Assembly (NCBI GenBank): GCA_963699175.1
Contig: OY969418.1
Coordinates: 7,325,352-7,389,351, forward strand
Direction of reading: 5' to 3'
Length of the DNA stretch: 64,000 nt
DNA from: an uncultured Acidobacteriota bacterium
Lineage (GTDB): Bacteria > Acidobacteriota > Blastocatellia > RBC074
In this document: piece by piece, positions 36,416-46,865 of the stretch
Layout of the letters: each line of letters begins with the position of its first letter
Numbering within the stretch: the first letter of the stretch is position 1
Position numbers and translations under genes: made by a program
The notes under the pieces: generated by a model
Database searches by the model: none
Told to the model about the DNA's origin: nothing
Seen by the model: the letters and a program-made list of their open reading frames with translations, nothing else

Positions 36416-37117
36416 TCAAAGCGCCTGACCATTCTCTGCGCTGGCAAACCGAAATAGATCGAGGTGATTGACCGTTACGGCCTCCTCGCTCGGATGCGCC
36501 AGGAAATAAGAAAGGCTTTCCAACGAGACCGACAAGTCAACGTTCTTCACCTTCACGCCCGGCTTTGGGTTGAGCACGATGGGGGCGAAGTTGAGCACGG
36601 CCTTGATGCCCGCTTCGGTCACGCGGTCTAGTACTTGTTGTGCGGCAAAGGCAGGCACGGCAATCAAGACGATCTCAATTGTTTCGCGCTCGATAACTTC
36701 GGGCAGCCGCTCGGTCGAAAGAATCTCCAAGCCGTTGGCCGCGCGCGTCCCGATCTTGCTCGGCTCGTCGTCAAAGAGCGCCACCAGGCGGAAAGCAGCG
36801 CGATTGAAGCCCTGATATTTTGCCAACGCCAAGCCCAGATTGCCGACGCCGACGATGGCGATGCGCCGCTCGACGTTCAAGCCTAGGATCTGTTGCAAGT
36901 GTCGGCGCAGTTCTTTGACGTAATAGCCCACGCCGCGCACGCCGAATTCGCCGAAGTAGGCCAGGTCTTTGCGGATTTGCGCCGAATTCAAATTGAACTG
37001 TTCGGCCAACGTCTGCGACGAAACCGTCTCGATGCCTGCGCTTTCCAATTCGCTCAAACAGCGCAGGTAGACTGAAAGGCGATTGGTGGTGAGTTCCGAA
37101 ATCTTCTCTGTCTTCAT
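36416..37117 (-). CDS. rex: redox-sensing transcriptional repressor Rex
   Basis: Start at MKTEKISELTTNRLSVYLRCL (wHTH). Rossmann IAIVGVGNLGLAL. Overall Rex layout (about 230 aa). Confidence 0.85.
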   Translation of the reverse strand: MKTEKISELTTNRLSVYLRCLSELESAGIETVSSQTLAEQFNLNSAQIRKDLAYFGEFGVRGVGYYVKELRRHLQQILGLNVERRIAIVGVGNLGLALAKYQGFNRAAFRLVALFDDEPSKIGTRAANGLEILSTERLPEVIERETIEIVLIAVPAFAAQQVLDRVTEAGIKAVLNFAPIVLNPKPGVKVKNVDLSVSLESLSYFLAHPSEEAVTVNHLDLFRFASAENGQAL

Positions 37118-37335
37118 CTGGGGATTGCTATGCGGTGCTTCGATCAAATGCTTTAGAGTCTGCTCTATTAAACGAGCAGCAACGATAACGCAGGCTCAAC
37201 AAGACTGTCAACGCGCTGTTCTGACGGCCTTTCTGTGCAAGGCTGAAGTGCAAATTGACAGCTTGTGTAGGCGCTGCGTAAACTCCGAAGGCGGTTGTCC
37301 GTGACATCTTTGACGGACGGCGAACAGGAGCAGCA

Positions 37336-37944
37336 TTGATTGCACAGATCACTGGCAAGCTATTGCACAAACAACCCAACGCGGTCATTGTTGACGTAGG
37401 CGGCGTCGGCTACGAACTGACTGTGCCGCTCTCGACTTTCTACGAGGTGGGCGAAATCGGGGCGGAGGTCTCGCTGCGCGCTTACACCTATGTGCGCGAG
37501 GACGCTCTGCAACTTTTCGGTTTCCGCACCGACTTGGAGAAGCAGTTGTTCCTGCTGCTCACCAGCGTCAGCGGCGTCGGTCCGAAACTGGCGATCACGC
37601 TCTTGTCGGGCATGAGCGCCGACGATTTGATCCGCGCGATTCGGGACAATGATCTGGCGCGGTTGACGGGCATTCCCGGTGTGGGGCGAAAGACAGGAGA
37701 GCGTTTAGTCGTCGAGTTGCGCGACAAGCTGCTGAAACTGACGCTTGCAACGTCCGCCGAACCGCTGCTGCCGGCTTCGGCGTTTGCTAGCTCGGCAATG
37801 AGCGATGATGTAATTTCCGCCTTAGTCAATCTCGGTTATCAGAAATCGGCGGCGGAAAAGGCCGTGGCGAAGGTCTTCAAAGTAAACCCGGATGTGAATT
37901 TTGAGATGGCGTTGAAAATGGCTTTGAGTTCGCTCGCGCGCTAG
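37336..37944 (+). CDS. ruvA: Holliday junction DNA helicase subunit RuvA
   Basis: 202 aa. HhH motifs (LTSVSGVGPKLA, LTGIPGVGRKTGERL). Confidence 0.9.
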   Translation: MIAQITGKLLHKQPNAVIVDVGGVGYELTVPLSTFYEVGEIGAEVSLRAYTYVREDALQLFGFRTDLEKQLFLLLTSVSGVGPKLAITLLSGMSADDLIRAIRDNDLARLTGIPGVGRKTGERLVVELRDKLLKLTLATSAEPLLPASAFASSAMSDDVISALVNLGYQKSAAEKAVAKVFKVNPDVNFEMALKMALSSLAR

Positions 37945-37950
37945 GAGCTT

Positions 37951-39416
37951 GTGGGAGCACGCATGATGTCACCAGGCTACAAATGGAAACCCATCGAAGA
38001 TTTGCCGGAGGATTGGCCAAAACTCGCTTCTAGCGAATTGGCCGGTCTGTTTGCTGTCTGGAAAGAGCAAGCCGTGCAGTTGAAAGACTCGCCTGCCTAT
38101 CGAGAATTTCAGGTGCGCTTGCGTCGTGAATGGGCCATTGAAACTGGCATTATCGAAGGGCTGTACGACATTGATCGCGGGGTCACGCGCACTTTGATCG
38201 AGCGCGGATTGCACGCTAGCCTCATTGCGCACGGCGACGCCAACAAACCGGCGGAAGAGATCATTCCCATGCTCAAAGATCACGAAATGGTGGTCGAAGG
38301 GCTGTTTGATTTCGTTGGCCAGCAACGCCAGCTCTCGACCTCATACATCAAGCAAGTTCACCAAGCTCTAACCACCCATCAGGAGACTGCCAAAGGTATA
38401 GACAGTTTGGGACAGCCCACGCAAATTCCGTTGCTTCGTGGCGATTGGAAAAAGTGGCCTAACAACCCGACACGGCCTGATGGCAAAGTCCACGAGTTTT
38501 GCCCACCTGAACAAGTTGCATCCGAGATGGATCGTCTGATTGAAACGCATCAGCAGCATTTGCAAGCAGGCGTTCCGCCAGAAGTGGAGGCCGCATGGCT
38601 CCATCATCGCTTTACGCAAATTCACCCGTTTCAAGATGGGAATGGACGTGTGGCGCGGGCGCTGGCGTCGCTGATCTTTATTCGTGCTGAGTGGTTTCCT
38701 TTTGTTGTTCACCGTGACGACCGTGCTGATTATATTGATTGCTTGGAAAAAGCGGACGCCAGGGACATGACCTCATTAGTGAAGCTAGTGGGCCAAAGCC
38801 AAAGGAAAGCATTCAATCAGGCTATCAAGCTATCAGATAACGTGTTGTTGCCTGCTGATTCTGTTGAGCAAATTATTTTTGCTGGTGGGCGTTATTTGAA
38901 AGAGAAAGTGGAGAATCAACGGCTACTCGCTGAAGAACTCAAAAGGCTCCACGCTCAATATAAACATGTTGCTGAAACTCTTCAGGCGACTACCAATGAA
39001 CGGTTTGATAAACTTGTCGGCGATTTTGACAACCTCTTGCGTGAGTCTGGCAGCCAGCAGACGATTCGTATAGAAAAATATGGTTATGGATTTGGGCCAA
39101 TGTCCAAAGCGACTTTTGACCATGCAAATGCCAGCATCACAAAGCAATTAGGTTGTGATGCTGATATATGGTCGGATGGCTGGGGCTGTTCCATCCGTAT
39201 AGGAGATAGCATTGGAATGCACTTCGGCTTTTATCGGTTGCTCAACTCAGATTGGCGGATTGCCTGTGGGTTAGCTTACCTGAGAGCAACTAATCCTGAG
39301 CAGTTTTTCCCACTGTGCAGTGAAGCATTTCAATGCTCAACTAGCGAGGATTTGACAACCGTCGTCCCTCGCTTCAAGCAATGGCTTGAGGATGCGCTGA
39401 TCCTCGGCTTTGACTA

Positions 39417-39435
<19 letters not shown>
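37951..39435 (+). CDS. Fic/DOC-family protein (class II-like, with N-terminal inhibitory motif) plus about 250-aa C-terminal domain of unknown function
   Basis: Fic motif [14 protein letters not shown]. Inhibitory (S/T)xxxE(G/N) motif as TGIIEG near residue 70. Markedly AT-richer than flanks. Inserted between ruvA and ruvB. Confidence 0.85.
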
Positions 39436-40471
<1,036 letters not shown>

Positions 40472-40472
<1 letters not shown>

Positions 40473-41530
40473 TGCATATCTCCGCTTTCAATTTTGAGCT
40501 GCCCGACGAATTGATCGCGCAGGAGCCGCTGTCGCAACGTGACCAGTCGCGCATGCTCATCGTTGACCGTCGCACACAAAATTGGCGCGACAGCGCGTTT
40601 GCTGAATTACCGTCATTGCTAGCAGCCGGTGATGTGATGGTGCTCAACAATACGCGCGTTTTTCCGGCGCGCCTGCTGGGCCATCGCGTGCTACCCAATG
40701 GTGAACGCGGCGCGCAGGTTGAAGTGTTATTGGCACGGCTGCTCGACGCCGGCAGCAACGAATGGGAAGTGATTGCGCGACCGGGGCGCGCGTTGAAACT
40801 AGGCGCGCAAATCGAATTTGGTCATGGGCGGTTGCGCGGCGAGGTGACCGGGCTGCTCGAAGACGGCAAACGGCGCGTGCGTTTTACCTGTGAGGGCGAC
40901 TTCAATCAAGTGGTGGACGAGCTTGGCAATACGCCGCTGCCGCCCTACATCAAGCGCGCGCAGAGCGAAGAGCGCCGCTTGCACGAGCCGCGTTACCAGA
41001 CCGTTTACGCCCAGCAACGTGGTTCGATTGCCGCGCCGACCGCCGGGCTGCACTTCACCCCACGTGTGCTGGAAGAGCTAAAAGCGCGTGGCGTGCAGTT
41101 TGCTGAGATTACACATCATGTCGGGTACGCGACATTTCAACCCGTGCGCGTCGAGCAGGTCGAAGAGCATCGCATCGAAGCCGAAAGCTATACGATTGAC
41201 GAAACCGCCGCCCGCACGATCAACATTGCAAAAGCAAGTGGCAAGCGCGTTCTCGTAGTTGGAACTACCGGCACGCGTGCGCTCGAAAGCGCGGCCAACG
41301 CAGACGGCATGGTGCGCGCCGAAAGACGCGCGACGGAACTGTTCATCTATCCTGGTTATCGTTTCAAAGCGGCAGATGCGCTCTTGACCAACTTTCACTT
41401 GCCCCAATCGTCGCTGTTGATGTTGGTCGCGGCCTTTGCCGGATGTGAATTGGTGCTGGCCGCCTATCGCCACGCGGTCGCGCAACGCTATCGGTTTTAT
41501 AGTTATGGCGATTGCATGCTGATCTTTTGA
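40472..41530 (+). CDS. queA: S-adenosylmethionine:tRNA ribosyltransferase-isomerase
   Basis: 352 aa. N-terminus MHISAFNFELPDELIAQEP is typical of QueA. Confidence 0.95.
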
Positions 41531-41612
41531 GTAGACAGTAGGCGGTAAACAGTAGAAAACATCTGCCTACTGTCTGCTATCTACTGTCTACCGTCTACTA
41601 TCTACTGTCTTA
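41527..41612. repeat. GTAGACAGTAG / CTACTGTCTAC repeat cluster (direct and inverted units)
   Basis: GAGTAGACAGTAGGCGGTAAACAGTAGAAAACATCTGCCTACTGTCTGCTATCTACTGTCTACCGTCTACTATCTACTGTCTT. Confidence 0.6.
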
Positions 41613-42112
41613 TGCAGGTCTTCAACTACCATCCAATTTACCGGCAGCCGCTCAAGGGTGCGCTGAGGTCGCTGACGCTGGCCGATTTGAATGAGGTCTG
41701 GCAACTCGACCTGCGCTGTTTTTTGGATGGCGAGGCTTACGAGCGAGAGACCTTCCGTTACCTGCTTTCAAATCCACAGACCATCGCCCGGCAGATTCGG
41801 GCGGAGTTGGGTGAGATGCTTGCCTTTGCTATTGCCGTAGTAGATGAGACAGGCGGTGGCCACCTTACTACGCTTGCCGTCGCGCCCGAATACCGACGCC
41901 GCGGTTTGGCGCGCATGCTGATGCACGAGGTCGAGCGCAGTTTTGTCGCGCGCGGCATCTGTAGCGTCAGGCTTGAAGTCCGTGTGAGCAACCAAACCGC
42001 GCAGCAGCTTTATGAGCAGATTGGCTACGTGGTGATGCAACGGATGAACAAGTATTACTCGAATGGCGATGATGGCTACATGATGATTAAGGTGCTCAAC
42101 GGACTGGACTGA
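41612..42112 (+). CDS. GNAT-family N-acetyltransferase (RimI-like)
   Basis: [20 protein letters not shown] (acetyl-CoA binding motif A). Confidence 0.75.
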   Translation: MQVFNYHPIYRQPLKGALRSLTLADLNEVWQLDLRCFLDGEAYERETFRYLLSNPQTIARQIRAELGEMLAFAIAVVDETGGGHLTTLAVAPEYRRRGLARMLMHEVERSFVARGICSVRLEVRVSNQTAQQLYEQIGYVVMQRMNKYYSNGDDGYMMIKVLNGLD

Positions 42113-42415
42113 GACCTTATTTTCTTTATTTTCCGCTGCCGCCGCACCATATCGTGTGGCAAAGATAGTCCTGAGTGGCTTGTCGCAATTTTTCTGCCTG
42201 AACCGGCTAACCCACTGGAACTTAACTGTTTGCCCAACTAATACTCGCCTCCAAGCAGGCCGCTAATCACTTTTTCGGTCATTTTGTTACCCCGCAATAA
42301 TTGACAGCCCAAAAGCTAATCTGTTATAAACCCAGAACTTAGAGTAAGTAATACGGTGGCATTCAGCGGGTAAGGGGCAAAGAGTAATTCAATTCAGTTG
42401 ACGGGAAGAATTGAA

Positions 42416-43453
42416 ATGGCAGCACGCGCAAAGAAAGCCAAATCCAAAGACAAACCGAAGGCTAAGGCTAAACTTGCCAAAGCGACTAGAAAGCCTGCCA
42501 GGGCAGGTTCAGCCAAACTTGCCAAAGCGAAGTCAGCCAAGAAAACTCTATCTGCCAAAACTAAATCACTCTCAAAAAGTAAAGTTGCCAAGCAGCCAGT
42601 CATAAAGCCAGTCATAAAGCCAGTCATAAAGCCAGTCATAAAGAAAGCTGCTGTTACAAAAGCCAAGCCAAGCAAGGTGGTCAGACCCGGCAAACTCAGG
42701 GCAAGCAAAACAAAACTGAGCAAAAAAAAGCTAGCGGTAACTAAAACGACCAGCGTCGGAAACAAGCAAACCCGCACCAAAGGGAATGGGATAAAAAAGG
42801 CTCCGAGGCTTAGCAAGCCAAGCGTTGCCAAAACAACTTCGCGCGCACCGGTGCCTGCGGCCAAGCCACGTAATGCGTCTATGCTCAGACGAATATTGCC
42901 GCCCGCGCCTGCGCCTATACCAAAACCCGAACCACGCAAGACGGCTACGGCTGCCGCGTTACGCGCTTTTGAACAGGCTCTCAGAGTTTTCAATCGCCGG
43001 CAGTTTGAAGAGGCCAAGTCACACTTCGAACATTTGCAGCAACAGTTTCCGCTCGAAGTCGAAATCACCCACCGGGCGCAAATGTACATCCAGGTCTGCA
43101 CGCAGAAATTGGCGCAGGCTCCGGCCCCGGTAGTGCGCAACGTGTCGGCGGACGAGTTGTATGATCGTGGTGTCTATGCGCTCAATCTGGGCGATGTCGC
43201 CCAAGCGCGCAGCTTTTTTGAAAAAGCTTTGCGGATCAATCCAAACGAGCCACACTTCCTCTACTCGCTGGCCGTTACCCACGCGAAGAGCGGGGCACAG
43301 GAAGAGGCGTTGGATTACCTGCGCCGTTCCATCCAGATGCAACCACGTTTCCGCTCGCAGGCTTTCGATGATGTGGATTTTTCCGGCTTGCGCGAGAACC
43401 GGCAATTTCAAGAATTGCTTGGCCTGACTTCGCCATTTGATCTACTGCGTTAA
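42416..43453 (+). CDS. Lys/Ala-rich (histone H1-like) N-terminal region plus C-terminal TPR-repeat protein
   Basis: Start at [18 protein letters not shown]... basic low-complexity region including PVIK x4 (12-bp tandem repeat at 42595..42643). Three to four TPR-like helices at the C-terminus. Confidence 0.6.
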   Translation: MAARAKKAKSKDKPKAKAKLAKATRKPARAGSAKLAKAKSAKKTLSAKTKSLSKSKVAKQPVIKPVIKPVIKPVIKKAAVTKAKPSKVVRPGKLRASKTKLSKKKLAVTKTTSVGNKQTRTKGNGIKKAPRLSKPSVAKTTSRAPVPAAKPRNASMLRRILPPAPAPIPKPEPRKTATAAALRAFEQALRVFNRRQFEEAKSHFEHLQQQFPLEVEITHRAQMYIQVCTQKLAQAPAPVVRNVSADELYDRGVYALNLGDVAQARSFFEKALRINPNEPHFLYSLAVTHAKSGAQEEALDYLRRSIQMQPRFRSQAFDDVDFSGLRENRQFQELLGLTSPFDLLR

Positions 43454-43472
43454 GTATAAAAATCCCTGACCG

Positions 43473-45281
43473 CTACTTAATCCTGATTCGCAAAACATTC
43501 GTTAGCTTGCCTTCTACCGCTACAGCAAAATCTACTTGCCCGTAACTCTTCAGCATGTGGGGTAGGCGCACGTTGACTTGATCCAAGCCCGCCAATCCCT
43601 CCACCGCACCGGCAAAAAGCACGGGAACTTCAACGTCGCTGACCTGCGCGCTGACCACTTCAAGCGAGCGGCGATTGCGCAGTCCGGTGCCATACGCGAT
43701 CAGAAAGACCTGTTCCCCTCCGTCGTATAGATCAATTGGAGCGCTGACGAATTGATTACCCTGCCGCACAGCCAATGGTTCATAGACCTGCGTGCCATCT
43801 GCTTTGATGCGCAAGAGAACAGCCGCCGGAACTCCGCTTCCATTGGCATTGGCCGCAAAGAGCGCGGGTGCAACCGGCTCAATCGTCACTGTGCCGCTGG
43901 CGAGCCTGCCAGTCGCATTCGTCACGATCACTGTCGCCGGGCCTGGGGCGACACCGGCGGGCATTAAGTAATTGATCTGTTCCGGCGAAACGAAGAAGAG
44001 CGGGGCGAAGAAATCTTTGTTCGTACGGTCGCGCACCGTTACCGTCGTGCCCGCCAAATTGATAGGCAGCGGCAGCGTGGCTGCTTCCGCGTGTGCGGCC
44101 AGTTCGGTACCGAAGGCGGCAACGATAGAATCGCTTGCTAGCGCCCCGCTGGTGAAACTCGCCGCCGACACACTCGCCAACGCTGCCGCGCCGCCCAGCA
44201 ATTCTTTTACGTTCGCGCGTAGGCTCGGAAACAGCGAATAGAGCGCATCGCCCGGACATTCGGTCGGACTCGGTCCGTCGCGGTGGCCAGAGATGTTGTT
44301 CAACTCCAGGCCCGACGCCGTATGGCGCGACTGGCCCAGCGGGTCAATCGCGCGCTGACTGGATTTCCACGCCAGGATGCGGCGCAAGCTGGTCAAAGCT
44401 TTTTCCGCCGGTGTCACGTCGGTGAACGTGCCGATCATCGAGACGCCCATCGTCCCGGCGTTGACGCTACTGAAATGCGCGCCCAACACGTTATCGCCGC
44501 CTGCACGCCCTTCGTAGATTACGCCGTCCGGGTCAATCAGATAGTTATAGCCGATGTCTGCCCAGCCGTTCGTAAAGATGTGAAAGTTCCAGATGCTGCG
44601 CACCACCGCCGCCCAATCATTATTGGTCGCTGTATTGCCAGTCGCCGTGTGATGCACGATCAGATGCGTCACCGTCGTGTAGCTCAACGCGCCGTGCGTC
44701 GTCACTTGTCCGTCAGGGCAGCCCCACTCGGTGCGCGTGACGACAGAGGGTTTGGGATAATTTGGCAAAGCCTGTTCATTGCTCATGGTTTCTGATTGTT
44801 TGGCGCGGATGCGATCCAGCATCGTGCGCGTTGTTGCGCCAGGGCTGATGAAATGAAAGCGCAAACTTCTAGTCGCAGGCAAGAGGTCTCCCGGCTTAGC
44901 GCCACTCAGGCGAAATTCAATCAAGCGCGTCCGCGCGTCCAGCAAAGCCAGATTGCTGACGAGTATGCCTGCTTCAACTGTCGCGTCTTGATTGAATGGC
45001 AAAACAAACCACTCACTCCAGCCTGCGCCATCAACTGAAGTGCGCAGGCTCAACTGTGATTTAGCCTCAGCTACGCCTGATGAATGCCAAGTTACACCCA
45101 AGGCCAAAAAGGGTTCAGCTTTTTCAAGCGGCACGTCGAGCACGGCGGAGAAACTCGCGCGGCTCGTACTTGAAAAAGTGATTGTGCTGTGCCGAACCTC
45201 CGGCGCTCTGACAGGCTGTTGTGCTAGAATATGCGCCGAAAGCAGCACGAGAGACAGACTGACCCACAGAATTGCTTTCAT
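43473..45281 (-). CDS. N-acetylmuramoyl-L-alanine amidase (Amidase_2/PGRP) domain protein with Solibacter-type C-terminal domain
   Basis: Signal peptide. [11 protein letters not shown]...[16 protein letters not shown]...GHRD...CPGD amidase_2 motifs. C-terminal FAANANGSG...[19 protein letters not shown]...LRIRIK. Confidence 0.8.
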   Translation of the reverse strand: MKAILWVSLSLVLLSAHILAQQPVRAPEVRHSTITFSSTSRASFSAVLDVPLEKAEPFLALGVTWHSSGVAEAKSQLSLRTSVDGAGWSEWFVLPFNQDATVEAGILVSNLALLDARTRLIEFRLSGAKPGDLLPATRSLRFHFISPGATTRTMLDRIRAKQSETMSNEQALPNYPKPSVVTRTEWGCPDGQVTTHGALSYTTVTHLIVHHTATGNTATNNDWAAVVRSIWNFHIFTNGWADIGYNYLIDPDGVIYEGRAGGDNVLGAHFSSVNAGTMGVSMIGTFTDVTPAEKALTSLRRILAWKSSQRAIDPLGQSRHTASGLELNNISGHRDGPSPTECPGDALYSLFPSLRANVKELLGGAAALASVSAASFTSGALASDSIVAAFGTELAAHAEAATLPLPINLAGTTVTVRDRTNKDFFAPLFFVSPEQINYLMPAGVAPGPATVIVTNATGRLASGTVTIEPVAPALFAANANGSGVPAAVLLRIKADGTQVYEPLAVRQGNQFVSAPIDLYDGGEQVFLIAYGTGLRNRRSLEVVSAQVSDVEVPVLFAGAVEGLAGLDQVNVRLPHMLKSYGQVDFAVAVEGKLTNVLRIRIK

Positions 45282-45438
45282 ATTTTCCCGCCTGGATTCG
45301 TTTGACGTTGCTGGTTATAGCACAAAGAAAACTGACCACGAAGCTGCTCGCGCCGGTACAGAACCGGAAGTGATAGCGACCGGGTGCGGTGGCGCTTGGA
45401 AGCGTCCGTTGTCAGGCCTACCCGGTCTGGAGGAAGTT

Positions 45439-46464
45439 ATGCGCTACGTCAACAATCCGCCCAATCCCTGGCTCACCACACATCCCGAATGGATCGGCGA
45501 ACCGCCCGAAGCCAAGCTCGAAGTTTTTGAAGAGACGGCCACGCGCACGATCATCAACAAGAACGACAGCCCGGACATTCCCTTCGATTACTCGGTCAAC
45601 TGTTATCGCGGCTGCCCGCACGCTTGCACCTATTGTTTCTCGCGCCCGAAGCACGAGTTTTTAGGCTTTGGCGCGGGCACCGACTTCGAGCGCAAGATCG
45701 TCGCCAAAGTCAACGCGCCGAAACTCCTGCGCGAAGAGCTGATGAAGAAGCGTTGGAAAGGCGACACGCTGGTCTTCTCATTCACGTCCGACCCTTACGT
45801 GCCACTCGAAGCCAACTACAAGCTTACGCGGCAATGTCTGGAAGTCTGTCTGGAGTTTCGCAACCCGGTCGGCCTCATCACCAAATCGGCCTTGATCCGC
45901 CGCGATCTGGAACTCATCAAACAACTCTCGGAAGTCGCCGACGTGATGATTCACTTCACGATTCCGTTTCTGGATCACGATGTCGTGCGCGCGATTGAAC
46001 CCGGCGCGCCTTTCCCCGAAGCGCGCTTCAGTGCGATGAAAGATTTTGCCGACGCGGGTGTGGAAGTCGGCTTGAGCATCTCGCCGATCATTCCCGGCTT
46101 GAACGAACACGCGATTCCCGAGTTGCTGGCGCGAGGGCGTGAATGCGGCGCGCAATCGGCTTTTATCAACTTGCTGCGCTTGCCTGGCAGCGTTGAGCCG
46201 TACTTCTTGGAACGGCTGCAAGCGACGATGCCGCTGCGCTACCAGAAGATTGTCAACCGCATTCAAGAAGTAAAAGGCGGCGTCCTCAATCGTTCTGACT
46301 TCTTCACGAGGATGAAAGGCGAAGGCGAGTTTTGGAAGATGGTGGTGAAGTCATTTGAGATTCACTCGCGGCGGCTGGGCTATAACAATCGGCGTTACGT
46401 GACACGAGTGCGACACGATAGTTTCAGAAGACCGAGCGCGCAGGGGAGTTTGTTTGAGGATTGA
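45439..46464 (+). CDS. radical SAM protein, SplB/COG1533-like (DNA-repair photolyase-like family)
   Basis: ATG at 45439 with SD GGAGGAAG. CxxxCxxC in [14 protein letters not shown]. About 340 aa. Confidence 0.65.
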   Translation: MRYVNNPPNPWLTTHPEWIGEPPEAKLEVFEETATRTIINKNDSPDIPFDYSVNCYRGCPHACTYCFSRPKHEFLGFGAGTDFERKIVAKVNAPKLLREELMKKRWKGDTLVFSFTSDPYVPLEANYKLTRQCLEVCLEFRNPVGLITKSALIRRDLELIKQLSEVADVMIHFTIPFLDHDVVRAIEPGAPFPEARFSAMKDFADAGVEVGLSISPIIPGLNEHAIPELLARGRECGAQSAFINLLRLPGSVEPYFLERLQATMPLRYQKIVNRIQEVKGGVLNRSDFFTRMKGEGEFWKMVVKSFEIHSRRLGYNNRRYVTRVRHDSFRRPSAQGSLFED

Positions 46465-46865
46465 GAATATAAGAGCGAGAGTAGCTATAGAATTCAAGAA
46501 ATTGAGCATCAGCAACATTGAGACAGGGACAGTAGACAGAATTGACAAGCTTTTCCAGGATTGGTCAATGGTGATAGGTCGCTCGCTTGCTTTCATCCTG
46601 CACAATTCTGTCAATCCTGTCCAAATGTTTTGTGGCTTGATTTAGACAGGATTGCTGACTGCGTTCGGTTGGAATACGGCAAGCCTTGAGCTGGCGCGGC
46701 AACGGCCAACCATCGAGAGTTACTTCAGCAAGCGCGAGCCAGAGATTCTCTGGCTCGCGCTCCATTTTGCTCCTTCCGTTTCGCTTCTTTAGCGGCTAGA
46801 CTGCGGCCTGCGGAAATCGGCCATTAAAATATCAAGTCTTGGGCCGTTCACTAGAAGGAATAACG

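Noticed and set aside
37118-37335. Rex operator (TTGTGAA-N4-TTCACAA-like) upstream of rex / BMC operon
   Set aside because: Scanned the divergent rex-ruvA region and the aldolase upstream. Only weak GTGCAA direct repeats, no convincing inverted Rex box, so not reported as a feature.
42394-43140. 248-aa minus-strand ORF opposite the Lys/Ala-TPR gene
   Set aside because: Mirror-frame artefact of the low-complexity AAG/GCC-rich region.
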